Source of the DNA: Meiothermus sp.
Lineage (GTDB): Bacteria > Deinococcota > Deinococci > Deinococcales > Thermaceae
DNA length: 33,184 nt
Assembly: GCA_033762915.1 (NCBI GenBank)
Contig: JANRLD010000020.1
Coordinates: 1 to 33,184, forward strand
Direction of reading: 5' to 3'
This document shows, one piece after another, positions 8,938 through 17,675 of the stretch. The position numbers were made by a program, and so were the translations under genes. The first letter of the stretch is position 1; each line of letters begins with the position of its first letter. The notes under the pieces are model-generated. The model had not been told where the DNA came from and did not search any database. It saw only the letters and a program-made list of their open reading frames with translations.

Positions 8938-9145
8938 TGCACTCCGCCTAAACTGCTGTAGGGGAGCCAGATATCCGCGTACGCTGCGGACGGCTTCGAG
9001 TTTTGGTCTGATTCAGTACTCAGAACGGTTCCCACGCATACTCCCTACCGCAAAAACCGCTGTAGGAAGTACATTACCTGCCACCGCGAGGGAGGTAAGG
9101 GTGGGAAACCCGATCAGACCGCTGTCTTGATTCATCGAGGGCTAG
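8938..9145 (+). ncRNA. Structured rtcB 5' leader / candidate Y-RNA-like ncRNA
   Basis: Stems 9004-9013/9112-9121, 9027-9035/9101-9110, 9039-9051/9059-9071, 9074-9079/9093-9098 and 8994-8999/9135-9140 (covers the RBS). GCTGTAGG occurs twice. Confidence 0.5.
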
Positions 9146-10663
9146 ATGACCAACCCCAAACTGCTGCGCCTGGATGCAACCCGCCTGAGCATCTCAAACC
9201 CCTACGGCCTCGAGGCCACCCTGTTCGCCAGCCAGGGCGTACCCATCGAAAACAAGGCGATAGACGAGCTGCTGGGCTTGCTCGAGTTGCAGCACACCCT
9301 CGAGCGCTTTTATCAGGCCCAGCCCGAGAGCTTCGATCAGGTTCCCCAGCTCAGCCGCGTGGCCGTCACCCCCGATTTCCACAAAGCCCAGGGGATTCCC
9401 GTGGGTACGGTGATGCAGACTCGAGGGTTTTTGATCCCCCAGGCCATCGGCAACGACATCAACTGCGGCATGCGGCTGCACACCACCGACTTCAAGCCAG
9501 AACAGATTCAAGAGAACTTGGATGCGCTCGAGACCCGCTTCCGGCAGGCTTTTTTTGAAGGCGGGCGCAACATCCCCATGAACCGCCGTCAGCGCGAGGC
9601 CTTACTCACCCAGGGGCTGATGGGTCTGCTGGATAGCGTGCCGAAGAGCCAGAGCCAGGGGCTGTGGGGTCTGTTCCACCGCTCCGGCCTCGAGCGCGAT
9701 CTGGTCAAAATCGAACAGCAGGGCAGCCTCGAGGCGGGCCGGGTTTTTGGCCTTGATGACATGCTGGGCGACGCGGAACTCAGCCGAGACAGTCAGATCG
9801 GTAGCATCGGCGGGGGCAACCACTTTGTCGAGATTCAGTACGTGGAAAAAGTGCTGGATCGCAGCATCGCCCATGCCTGGGGTTTGCGCGAGGGGAGGGT
9901 CACGCTGATGGTGCACAGCGGTTCGGTCTCGGTCGGTCATGCGGCCGGCGGCCACTACCGCGAGGAGGTACGCCGGCTGTTCCCCCCAGGCCTGTCCCAC
10001 CCCCGCAACAAAATCTTCCCGCTGCCCACCGGCCAGAAGCACGCAGCGGCGGTGAGGCTGTTCTGGGACGCCCTGCACAACGCGGCCAACTTCGCCTTTG
10101 CCAACCGCATGTTTTTGGCCCTGATGGCCCTGCAAGCCCTCGAGCAAGAACTGGGCGAGGGCGGCTCTGAACTGCTCTATGATGCGCCGCACAATCTGGT
10201 CTGGCCCGACGGCCAAGACAGCTTCATTCACCGCAAGGGGGCCTGTCCCGCACGGGGAGTTGAGCAGATGGGCGGCACCCCTTTCGCCTACTACGGCGAG
10301 CCCGTGCTGGTTCCGGGCTCGATGGGGGCCAGCAGCTTTGTGCTGGCTGGTCAGGGCAACGCCCAGGCCCTGATGAGCGCCAGCCACGGCGCGGGGCGGG
10401 TGCTGAGTCGGGGCCAGGCGGCCCGCGGCCACCAGGCGGCCTTTGAACAGTTCATGCGCGAGTTTAGGGTGGTTTCCCCGCTGGATTTACGCCGCCAGGA
10501 TGTGAAGCTGCGCCGCGACATTCTGCAGAAGAAACTCGAGGAACTCAAGCAAGAGGCCCCCTACGCCTACAAAGGCATAGGGGCCATTGTGCAAACCCTG
10601 CAAGAGGCCCAGATCGCCAAACCTGTCGCCGAGTTGAGGCCGCTGATGACCGTCAAAGGTTAA
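9146..10663 (+). CDS. rtcB: RtcB-family RNA ligase (3'-phosphate/2',3'-cyclic phosphate to 5'-OH)
   Basis: Motifs PDFH..GIPVG, NDINCGMR, GSIGGGNHFVE, VHSGS, HN, HRKGA, PGSMG, SASHGAGR, EAPYAYK. Confidence 0.95.
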   Translation: MTNPKLLRLDATRLSISNPYGLEATLFASQGVPIENKAIDELLGLLELQHTLERFYQAQPESFDQVPQLSRVAVTPDFHKAQGIPVGTVMQTRGFLIPQAIGNDINCGMRLHTTDFKPEQIQENLDALETRFRQAFFEGGRNIPMNRRQREALLTQGLMGLLDSVPKSQSQGLWGLFHRSGLERDLVKIEQQGSLEAGRVFGLDDMLGDAELSRDSQIGSIGGGNHFVEIQYVEKVLDRSIAHAWGLREGRVTLMVHSGSVSVGHAAGGHYREEVRRLFPPGLSHPRNKIFPLPTGQKHAAAVRLFWDALHNAANFAFANRMFLALMALQALEQELGEGGSELLYDAPHNLVWPDGQDSFIHRKGACPARGVEQMGGTPFAYYGEPVLVPGSMGASSFVLAGQGNAQALMSASHGAGRVLSRGQAARGHQAAFEQFMREFRVVSPLDLRRQDVKLRRDILQKKLEELKQEAPYAYKGIGAIVQTLQEAQIAKPVAELRPLMTVKG

Positions 10664-10667
10664 GCGC

Positions 10668-11984
10668 TCAAGCCCCCGCGAAGGACAGCTCGGCCACCTC
10701 GACCATCGGACTGCCGATGATGCCCATCATGGGGTTCCACTCCAGCTTGTCGCCCAGCGCGGTGATGCCTTGCAGCAGCTCGAGGAAGTTGCCTGCCACG
10801 GTGAAGTTCTCCACCGCGTGCGCCACCTCGCCGCCCTGCACCAGCAGGCCCAGGGCCTGCAGGCTGAACTCACCCGAGATGGGGTTGGCCCCGGCGTGAA
10901 CCCCCATCATCTCGGCGACGATCACCCCGTCGGCGATCTGGACCCCCGCACCCGGCTGCACGAATAAGTTGGAGGGGCCGATGCCCAGCACGCCCTTGTA
11001 GCTGCGGCTGGCGTGGCCGGTGTTGTGGGCCTGGAGCTTGTGGGCGGTCTCGGAGTTGTGGAGGAAGGTCTGTAGCACGCCCCGGTCAATGATCAAGGTG
11101 CGCTGGGCAGGGGTGCCCTCGGCGTCGAAGGGCCTGCTGGCCAGCCCGTCCGCCAGGGTGGGGTCGTCCACCAGGGTGAAGAGGTCGGAGCCGATGCGCT
11201 GGCCCAGCTTCCCTGCCAGCAGGCTCTTGCCCTCGAGGACGTTCTTGGCCGAGAGCATGAACATCCCCATCGCCGCCACCAGCATCCCGAAAGCCTTGGG
11301 CTCGAAGTAGGCCCGGTAGCGCCCGGTCTTGAGCGGCCGGGCGTCGAGGAGCCGCCCGGTCTTCTCGACGAACTCCAGGGCAGTGCGGCCGGGCTCGAGG
11401 GCGTTGAACTCCTTGGACAGCTCGATGTGAAAGCCCTGCTTGAGGTTGGAGCCCTCCCCCATCACCGCGTAGGCCCCCAGGTAGCTGTAGCCGTTGCGGT
11501 AGGCCCCGGAGAGGCCCTTGGTGGAGCCCAGCACGCCCTGGGTCTCGCTCTCGGAGTAGTAGGTCGAGTCTACCTTGTGGATGCGGGGCGCGGCCAGCAG
11601 ACCCTGCTCCACCCCCAGCGTAGCCTTGGTCTTCTGCTCGAGGGTACCCGAGAGCCCCTCGCCCAGCAGGTCGTGCCGCCCCAGGGCCTGTCCGGCCGGC
11701 AAAAACCCGCCGCCCTCGCTTTGCAGCTCGGCGTTCTCTCTGGCCTCCTGCAGCACCCAGTCCAGTGCCTGGGGGCTGCGCTCCTCGCTATAGGCGTAGC
11801 CGGTTTTTCCCCCGGCCACTACCCGCACCCCCAGCCCGCCCTGGGTCGCACTGGTGATCTGCTCGAGCTTGCCCCCGCGCCCCTTGAGGGTCAGTTCGCG
11901 CTCCTGAGTCGCCACCACCTCGGCCTCGAGGCCCATCGCGGCAGCCTTCTCGAGGAGATAATCTCTGGCTTGTTCAAAGGTCAT
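10668..11984 (-). CDS. pmbA: TldE/PmbA family protein
   Basis: PmbA/TldD fold (FDAEG, TGHASR, GEFS, ENFTVAGN) without HExxxH. ATG 11984 follows GAGGTG. Confidence 0.9.
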   Translation of the reverse strand: MTFEQARDYLLEKAAAMGLEAEVVATQERELTLKGRGGKLEQITSATQGGLGVRVVAGGKTGYAYSEERSPQALDWVLQEARENAELQSEGGGFLPAGQALGRHDLLGEGLSGTLEQKTKATLGVEQGLLAAPRIHKVDSTYYSESETQGVLGSTKGLSGAYRNGYSYLGAYAVMGEGSNLKQGFHIELSKEFNALEPGRTALEFVEKTGRLLDARPLKTGRYRAYFEPKAFGMLVAAMGMFMLSAKNVLEGKSLLAGKLGQRIGSDLFTLVDDPTLADGLASRPFDAEGTPAQRTLIIDRGVLQTFLHNSETAHKLQAHNTGHASRSYKGVLGIGPSNLFVQPGAGVQIADGVIVAEMMGVHAGANPISGEFSLQALGLLVQGGEVAHAVENFTVAGNFLELLQGITALGDKLEWNPMMGIIGSPMVEVAELSFAGA

Positions 11985-12063
11985 ACGCACCTCAAAAAGA
12001 GGAAGGAGGAAAGGGAAACCACAGCCACGGGCCTCTTCTTTTCTTCCCTCCTGCCCCACTTCT

Positions 12064-13458
12064 CTAGGCTTGCCCACCCACCACGATCTCACTCACCAGC
12101 AGATGCGGCTGCCCGACCTCGGTGGGAACCGAGCCGGAGATGGAGCCGCACATGCCGGGGGCGGTGGACAGGTCGTCGGAGACGGCGGCGATCTTCTGGA
12201 TGGTGTCGGGGCCCTTGCCGACCAGCATGGCCCCGCGAACAGCCTCCTCGATGCGCCCGTTGCGGATGACGTAGGCCTCGTCGACGCCGAAGTTGTACTC
12301 CCCAGAGCCAGGGCGCACCTGGCCCCCGCCCATCACGGCGGCATAGAGGCCGAACTCGATGCCCTCAAAGAGTTTTTCTCTGGGGGTGGTGCCGGGAGCG
12401 ATGTAGGTGTTGCGCATCCGGCTGGTAGGGGCGAAGGTGTAGTCCTGGCGGCGGCCCGAGCCGGTGGGCCGGTAGCCGGTCTGCATCGCGCCCAGCCGGT
12501 CCACCATGTAGCTCTCGAGCACCCCGTTTTTAATCAGGGTGGTGTGCTCCGAGCGCATCCCTTCGTCGTCGAACTCCTGCGAGCCCCAGCCGTGGGCGGT
12601 GGTGCCCTCGTCGATGTAGGTTACGCAGTCGGAGGCTACCTTCTGGCCCAACTTGTCCGAGAGCACCGAGGTCTTCTTGGCCACGGTGGTGGTCTCGAGC
12701 AGGTGCCCCAGCGCCTCGTGGAAGATCACCCCGCCGAAGGCGTTGCCCACCACCACCGGCATGGTTCCGGCGGGCGCGGGCTTGGCCCGCAGGTTGGTCA
12801 TGGCCTGCTGCCCGGCCTCGCGGCCCATCTGGGCCGGGTCGAAGCGGTCGAAGATCTCGAGGCCCAGGCTTAGGCCGGGGGCGCGGTGCCCGGTCTGCAT
12901 CCCACCCTCGTCCTGGGCGATGGCCACCACCACATAGCGCGTTCTGACCCGCCGGTCTTCGGCCCAGGTGCCGTCGGAGGCGGCGACCAAAACTTCTTGT
13001 TCCCACTCCAGCATCTGGGTCTGAACCTGCCTGATCTCGGGGGCCACCTTGGCAGCGGATTCGGCCTCGCGGAGGCGCTCGAGGCGGTAGCGCTTGTCCT
13101 TGGCTTCGAAGGGCACCTTGGGGGCGTGCAGCCCCTGCGGGGCGGCCTTGCGGAAATCGAGGCCGCCCCGGCCCTGTGCGTCCACCTGCCCGGCCTGACC
13201 CTTGAGCCGGACTAGGGTCTCGGTCAGCTCCGTCAGGCCCTCAGGGGTCAGGTCGTTGGTATAGGCGTAAACCACTTCGGTGCCGTAGAACAGCCGCAGA
13301 CCGGCCCCGAACTCGATCCCACTGTTGGCCTCTTTAACCGCCCCCGAGAGCGCCCGGAGGTTGCGCCGCCGCCAGCGCTCCACGTACAGCTCGGCGTAGT
13401 CGGCCCCGCCGCCGCGGGCCTTGCCGAGTACCTCACCCACCAGCGTCTCACTTAACAC
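12064..13458 (-). CDS. tldD: TldD metalloprotease
   Basis: HEALGH zinc motif, FDDEG, RMRNT and C-terminal GMCG. GTG start follows AAGGGG. Confidence 0.93.
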   Translation of the reverse strand: MLSETLVGEVLGKARGGGADYAELYVERWRRRNLRALSGAVKEANSGIEFGAGLRLFYGTEVVYAYTNDLTPEGLTELTETLVRLKGQAGQVDAQGRGGLDFRKAAPQGLHAPKVPFEAKDKRYRLERLREAESAAKVAPEIRQVQTQMLEWEQEVLVAASDGTWAEDRRVRTRYVVVAIAQDEGGMQTGHRAPGLSLGLEIFDRFDPAQMGREAGQQAMTNLRAKPAPAGTMPVVVGNAFGGVIFHEALGHLLETTTVAKKTSVLSDKLGQKVASDCVTYIDEGTTAHGWGSQEFDDEGMRSEHTTLIKNGVLESYMVDRLGAMQTGYRPTGSGRRQDYTFAPTSRMRNTYIAPGTTPREKLFEGIEFGLYAAVMGGGQVRPGSGEYNFGVDEAYVIRNGRIEEAVRGAMLVGKGPDTIQKIAAVSDDLSTAPGMCGSISGSVPTEVGQPHLLVSEIVVGGQA

Positions 13459-14368
13459 GCACTCCCCCTTCCGGCCTTCCGGCAATCGCCTGCTGCAGAG
13501 TTTCAAGTTGCCAAGGCTGCTGACGCCAGCCGATCCGCCTGCGGGCAGCCTGGGTGTCTATCTGGGGCATATGCTCCTCGAGCAGCGCCAAAGTTGATTC
13601 GACCAAGTCCTCCAGCTCCCTCCCCGCCGCCTCCACGTCCAAGTCGAAGAGGCGCTCGAGGCGCTCGTACAGGTTGTGGGGCCTGAGGCGCAGGCCCTCG
13701 ATAAACTTCCGGCTGCGCTTGAACTGAAAGGTGGTGTAGTAGACCCGGTTCAGCCCCGAAAGCACGCCCAGCAGGTTCTGGGCCGCCTCGAGCAGGCTCT
13801 GCTGGTAGAACAGCGTCGCGTCGCGCTGGGTGAACTGGTGGGTCAGCCCCCATATGGGGAAGAAGTTGAGGTTGAGGTAGTGCCGCACCATCTTTTCGGC
13901 CAGCGGCTCGGGGAACTCGGCGAGGCAGTCTTTCCAGCTCCGCAGCAGCGCCTCGCCGAATAGGGGGACGCCCTTAAGCAGCCCGCTCATGGCCTTGTGG
14001 GCGGGGGTTACGACCTGGTGCTCGAGCACAATGCTGTCGATTTGCTCTTTCACCGCCTCCGGCGTGGCGTGGATGACCTGGCACTCCACCCCGCCCACCA
14101 CGAACGACTCGATCAGAGTACCCTTGGCCCGATCCCCCAGCAGCCAGCGGCGCTCGGCAGAGCCGCTGAGCGTCTCGCGGATCGAGGCCAGATCCTCCTC
14201 ACCGGGAAGCTCGCTGTGGTACACAGCCATGTCCACATCGGAATAGAAGTCGCTCAGACCGTCGGCCACCGAGCCCGTCACCATGCTGGCTCGAGCGCTG
14301 GGCAGGGTGCGATAGTGGAGGGCCAGGGTTCGAGCGAGCTCGAGCAGCCGCAAGCTGGCTGGGGTCAC
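13448..14368 (-). CDS. Nucleotidyltransferase (Pol-beta superfamily, KNTase/DUF4037-like)
   Basis: N-terminal GSVADGLSDFYSDVD (GS...DxD) followed by a helical-bundle domain. Overlaps the tldD start. Confidence 0.8.
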   Translation of the reverse strand: MTPASLRLLELARTLALHYRTLPSARASMVTGSVADGLSDFYSDVDMAVYHSELPGEEDLASIRETLSGSAERRWLLGDRAKGTLIESFVVGGVECQVIHATPEAVKEQIDSIVLEHQVVTPAHKAMSGLLKGVPLFGEALLRSWKDCLAEFPEPLAEKMVRHYLNLNFFPIWGLTHQFTQRDATLFYQQSLLEAAQNLLGVLSGLNRVYYTTFQFKRSRKFIEGLRLRPHNLYERLERLFDLDVEAAGRELEDLVESTLALLEEHMPQIDTQAARRRIGWRQQPWQLETLQQAIAGRPEGGVRVK

Positions 14369-14399
14369 GATACTGATTTTTGGGGGTAATCTAGGTGAA

Positions 14400-15062
14400 A
14401 TGAAACAGACCGCATCACCTAGTTCGCTGATCGTCAGCCGGCCCGAGCAGCTCCCCTTCCTGCTGGAGCCCTCGCAACGGCGCTACCTCGAGCCCTTCGT
14501 GGCCCGCGAGCGCACCATCGGCCAGGCCGCAGAGGAGGCCGGCGTGCAGCCCAACACCCTGCTCTACGCGGTGCGGCGGATGCTCTCATGCGGGCTGCTG
14601 ACGGTGGCTCGGACGCAGGGGCGCAAGGGCCGCGCCGTCAAGCTCTACCGCTCGAGCGCCGACGTCCTCTTCCTGCCCCACACCGCCTTAAGCCAGGGCG
14701 GCCTGGAGGAGGCCATCGCCCAGGTGGATCTCGAGGGCGAGCGCCTGCTAAGGCAGAACATCGTGCTATCGCGCAGCGACCGCTACCCCTCCTGGGGCTT
14801 TCGGATGTTCCGCAACCCGCAGGGGCTGGTCTTCCTGAACGCTGGTCTGGACGCAGAGCGCGACCTGGACTGGCTGGCCCTCGAGTCACCCGCCGCCTTC
14901 AGCATCTGGTCCACCTCGGTACAGCTCGACTTCGCCGAGGCCAAGGCCCTGCAAAACGAGCTCTTCGCGCTGATGGACCGCTACCGGCGCCGACAGGGCG
15001 GCCAAACTTACGTGCTGCGTCTGGGAATGGCCCCGCTGCTCAAAAGCCAGGCCGTTCCTTAA
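14400..15062 (+). CDS. Winged-helix (ArsR-like) transcriptional regulator
   Basis: RTIGQAAEEAGVQPNTLLYAVRRMLSCGLL...RKGRAVKLY. Divergent from the NTase gene with a 31-bp gap. Confidence 0.8.
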   Translation: MKQTASPSSLIVSRPEQLPFLLEPSQRRYLEPFVARERTIGQAAEEAGVQPNTLLYAVRRMLSCGLLTVARTQGRKGRAVKLYRSSADVLFLPHTALSQGGLEEAIAQVDLEGERLLRQNIVLSRSDRYPSWGFRMFRNPQGLVFLNAGLDAERDLDWLALESPAAFSIWSTSVQLDFAEAKALQNELFALMDRYRRRQGGQTYVLRLGMAPLLKSQAVP

Positions 15063-15167
15063 GAATCTTAACGTAACTTCCTTACATTTTTGCGTGCTGA
15101 ACGGTTTACACTCAATTTACACACGGCTTTCTTATACTGGTTTTAGTTATGCAATGAGGACTCGACC

Positions 15168-15740
15168 TTGAGCAACCCTCCCCCTATCGTGCGCTCAAGC
15201 CTTGGCGTAGCCTACATCACGGGCGTTCTGGTGCTCGTGGGTCTTCTGGCGGGCGTCCTGATCGAGCTGTTCGGCCCCATCGAGACCCCGCTGAAGCTGC
15301 TCTCGGACGCGGTGCTGGTGATCACTGGGGTCGTCAGCGCATGGCTGCTGCTAACCTGGCTGACCCTGCGGGTCTACCTGTATCCGGATCGACTCGAGGC
15401 CCGCAGCCTATGGGGAGTCCGGCGGCTCGAGTGGCGCTACGCGGCCTCGCTGCACCTGACCCTGCAGGCCCTGAGCGCCCTGCCCGGCATGCACTACCTC
15501 ATCAACCTGAGGCACCTTAAGACCGGCGGAGTGTTGCTGTTGTCCCTGCTGTCCTTCCGCAACCGCCGCGACCTGTTGCAAGGCATCATCGACCTCTCCT
15601 GGCGCGGCAACAGCAGCGTGCGTCTGGACGACAGCTTGACCGCCCGCTACGGCTACCCGCCCTACGGACGCAAGTACCAGCACGAAGAAGCCACGGAAGA
15701 CCGGGAAAAACCCCAAGAGGCCCCGACCGAGAAGCATTAA
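15168..15740 (+). CDS. Membrane protein with two TM helices and a bacterial PH-like domain
   Basis: Two hydrophobic segments followed by RVYLYPDRLEARSLWGVRRLEW. GAGGA RBS. Confidence 0.7.
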   Translation: MSNPPPIVRSSLGVAYITGVLVLVGLLAGVLIELFGPIETPLKLLSDAVLVITGVVSAWLLLTWLTLRVYLYPDRLEARSLWGVRRLEWRYAASLHLTLQALSALPGMHYLINLRHLKTGGVLLLSLLSFRNRRDLLQGIIDLSWRGNSSVRLDDSLTARYGYPPYGRKYQHEEATEDREKPQEAPTEKH

Positions 15741-15785
15741 AGCCTCGCTCACCCGGCCGCCCCGCCATCCCCTAAACTGAGGCCG

Positions 15786-17024
15786 TTGAAGCCCTTGAGC
15801 CTCTACCCCTTCCTGGCCCTGCTGGTGCTTTTCTCCTTCGGGGCACGCAGCAGCGACCTCCCGCCGCTGCGGGTCGGCGACCAGCCGGGCTACACCCGCG
15901 TGGTGCTTGATCTGCCCAAGGACGCGACCTTCCAGATCGAGCCGCTGGGAGCAGCCCTGCGTGTGACTTTGCCGGGCCTCACCCTGACCCCCGGCATCAG
16001 TTTTGTCAGCCAGCCCGAGTTGGCCGGATACGTCCTCGAGCAGCATGAGGGCAAGGCGGTAGTGCTGCTGATGACCCCGCAGGGGGTGAGCGAGCGTTCG
16101 GGTTTCAGGGCCCAGGTCTTGCCCGCCCTTCAGGGCGAGGGCCGGCGGCTGGTGATTGATCTATCGGGCGGTTTCGTGGATACCACACCGCTCTCGGCCC
16201 CGCCCGGTTTCGCCTTCGTCAAGGCCCAGGGGCGGCGCTTCTCGGTGCTGCTCGACCCCGGCCACGGCGGAGCCTTCTTCCCCGGGGCGGTGGGGTTCGT
16301 GACCGAAAAGGTGGTTAACCTCGAGGTGGCGCTGCGGGTCCGGCGGCTGCTCGAGGCCGCCGGGGTAGAGGTAGCCATGACCCGCGAGACCGACACGGCC
16401 TTCTCCCCCGTCCTGCGCACCGACCTCGACCAGCGCGCCCGTATGGCCGATGGCAGGAGCCTCTTCGTCTCCATTCACGCCAACGCCATCACGCCTGCCA
16501 GGGCCGACGGCTGGGCCGGGCAGGAAGTCTACTACTACAGCCCTCGAGACCAGCGCCCGGTCTACGTGGCACCCCAGCCCCTCACCCCCAGCCAGGCCCA
16601 GCCCGTGGCCCTCACCACACCCGCCGTCCCGCCCAGCGCCGAGCCCCTTCCCGCCGACCTGGCCCAGCCCGCCCCACTCGACCCCGGCAATCCCCAGCCC
16701 GCAACCGAAGAGCCCCTTCCGCGGCAAGCCCTGCCCCAGCCCACCCCGCAGATGGACTCAGCCCGGCGGGTCGAACTCTCCCGCCGCCTGGCCGGCCGGG
16801 TGATGGGCTACCTGCTGGGAGCGACTGCCGCCGCCAACCGGGGCGTGCGCACTGCCGACTTCTACGTCATCAGGTACACCACCGTCCCCGCCATTCTGGT
16901 CGAGATGGGCTACGTCTCCCACCCCCTCGAGGGCCCGGCCCTGCGCGACCCCAACTACCAAGACCGCTTAGCGCACGGGATCGCTCGAGGGGTGTTGGAG
17001 TTTTTGGAGAACGACCTCGAGTGA
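15786..17024 (+). CDS. N-acetylmuramoyl-L-alanine amidase (AMIN + Amidase_3)
   Basis: Signal peptide, TRVVLDL (AMIN), LDPGHGG, EK..NL, FVSIHAN, ILVEMGY. TAAACT lies 7 nt before the start. Confidence 0.92.
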   Translation: MKPLSLYPFLALLVLFSFGARSSDLPPLRVGDQPGYTRVVLDLPKDATFQIEPLGAALRVTLPGLTLTPGISFVSQPELAGYVLEQHEGKAVVLLMTPQGVSERSGFRAQVLPALQGEGRRLVIDLSGGFVDTTPLSAPPGFAFVKAQGRRFSVLLDPGHGGAFFPGAVGFVTEKVVNLEVALRVRRLLEAAGVEVAMTRETDTAFSPVLRTDLDQRARMADGRSLFVSIHANAITPARADGWAGQEVYYYSPRDQRPVYVAPQPLTPSQAQPVALTTPAVPPSAEPLPADLAQPAPLDPGNPQPATEEPLPRQALPQPTPQMDSARRVELSRRLAGRVMGYLLGATAAANRGVRTADFYVIRYTTVPAILVEMGYVSHPLEGPALRDPNYQDRLAHGIARGVLEFLENDLE

Positions 17025-17082
17025 CCGCGGTTCCCATGACTACCCCGCACACCCTAACCTCTGTGTGCGGGTAGTGGGAACC
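17024..17082 (+). repeat. REP-like imperfect palindrome, copy 2
   Basis: Stems ggttccca/tgggaacc and ctacccc-gcacac/gtgtgcgggtag. Homologous to 6839-6906 and between convergent genes. Confidence 0.7.
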
Positions 17083-17131
17083 CCTGGGAGGCCCGCCGGC
17101 AAAGCGGCGCCTTCTGGGGTGGCTTTAACGG

Positions 17132-17566
17132 TCAACGGCTCCGCATCACCAGCACCGGCTTGCTGGCCTTGTGCAGCACCGACTCGGTGACCGAGCCGAG
17201 CATAAAGCGATCCAGGCCACTGCGCCCGTGGGTACCCATCACGATCAGGTCGGCGTCCTTGGCGGCCTCGAGGATCACATCCACCGGGCGCCCCTCGACC
17301 AGCCTGGCCTCTGCGCCGACCCCGGCCTCGGCGGCCATCTGCACGGCCTTATCCACCGCCTGCTGGCCCACCTTTTTCAGGTCTTCGAGCAGCTCCATGC
17401 CGTAGGGCAGGCTCTCCGGGCTGATCCACATGGCCGACGTGGGGTTCTCGAGGGCGTAGACGAACCTCACCGTGGCCCCCAAGTTCTTGGCCACCTCGAG
17501 GCCCTGCTGGATGGCCTTCTGGCTGCACTCGCTGCCGTCGGTGGGCATCAGGATGGTCTTATACAT
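17132..17566 (-). CDS. Universal stress protein (UspA family)
   Basis: ILMPTDGS...DLIVMGTHGRSGLDRFMLGSVTESVL. GGAGG RBS and TACAAT -10 at 17590-17595. Confidence 0.96.
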   Translation of the reverse strand: MYKTILMPTDGSECSQKAIQQGLEVAKNLGATVRFVYALENPTSAMWISPESLPYGMELLEDLKKVGQQAVDKAVQMAAEAGVGAEARLVEGRPVDVILEAAKDADLIVMGTHGRSGLDRFMLGSVTESVLHKASKPVLVMRSR

Positions 17567-17675
17567 TTGAACCTCCCGTGGGTGCCCTCATTGTATCCCC
17601 GCAGGGGGGTAGGATGTCCCCGAGGGAACGGTTCCACCGTTCCCACCGAGCCGCGTCCCGGTTTTTGCTCCGGCC

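Noticed and set aside
8379..8951. ORFs in the lipoprotein-rtcB gap
   Set aside because: No RBS, atypical composition and no motifs. A decayed fragment cannot be excluded.
8955..9145. Canonical tRNA or hammerhead ribozyme before rtcB
   Set aside because: No intact T-arm (GGTTCGAATCC) or CCA end, and no CUGANGA/GAAA core.
11995..12058. Purine/pyrimidine tract between tldD and tldE
   Set aside because: Only an imperfect low-complexity hairpin, with no further support.
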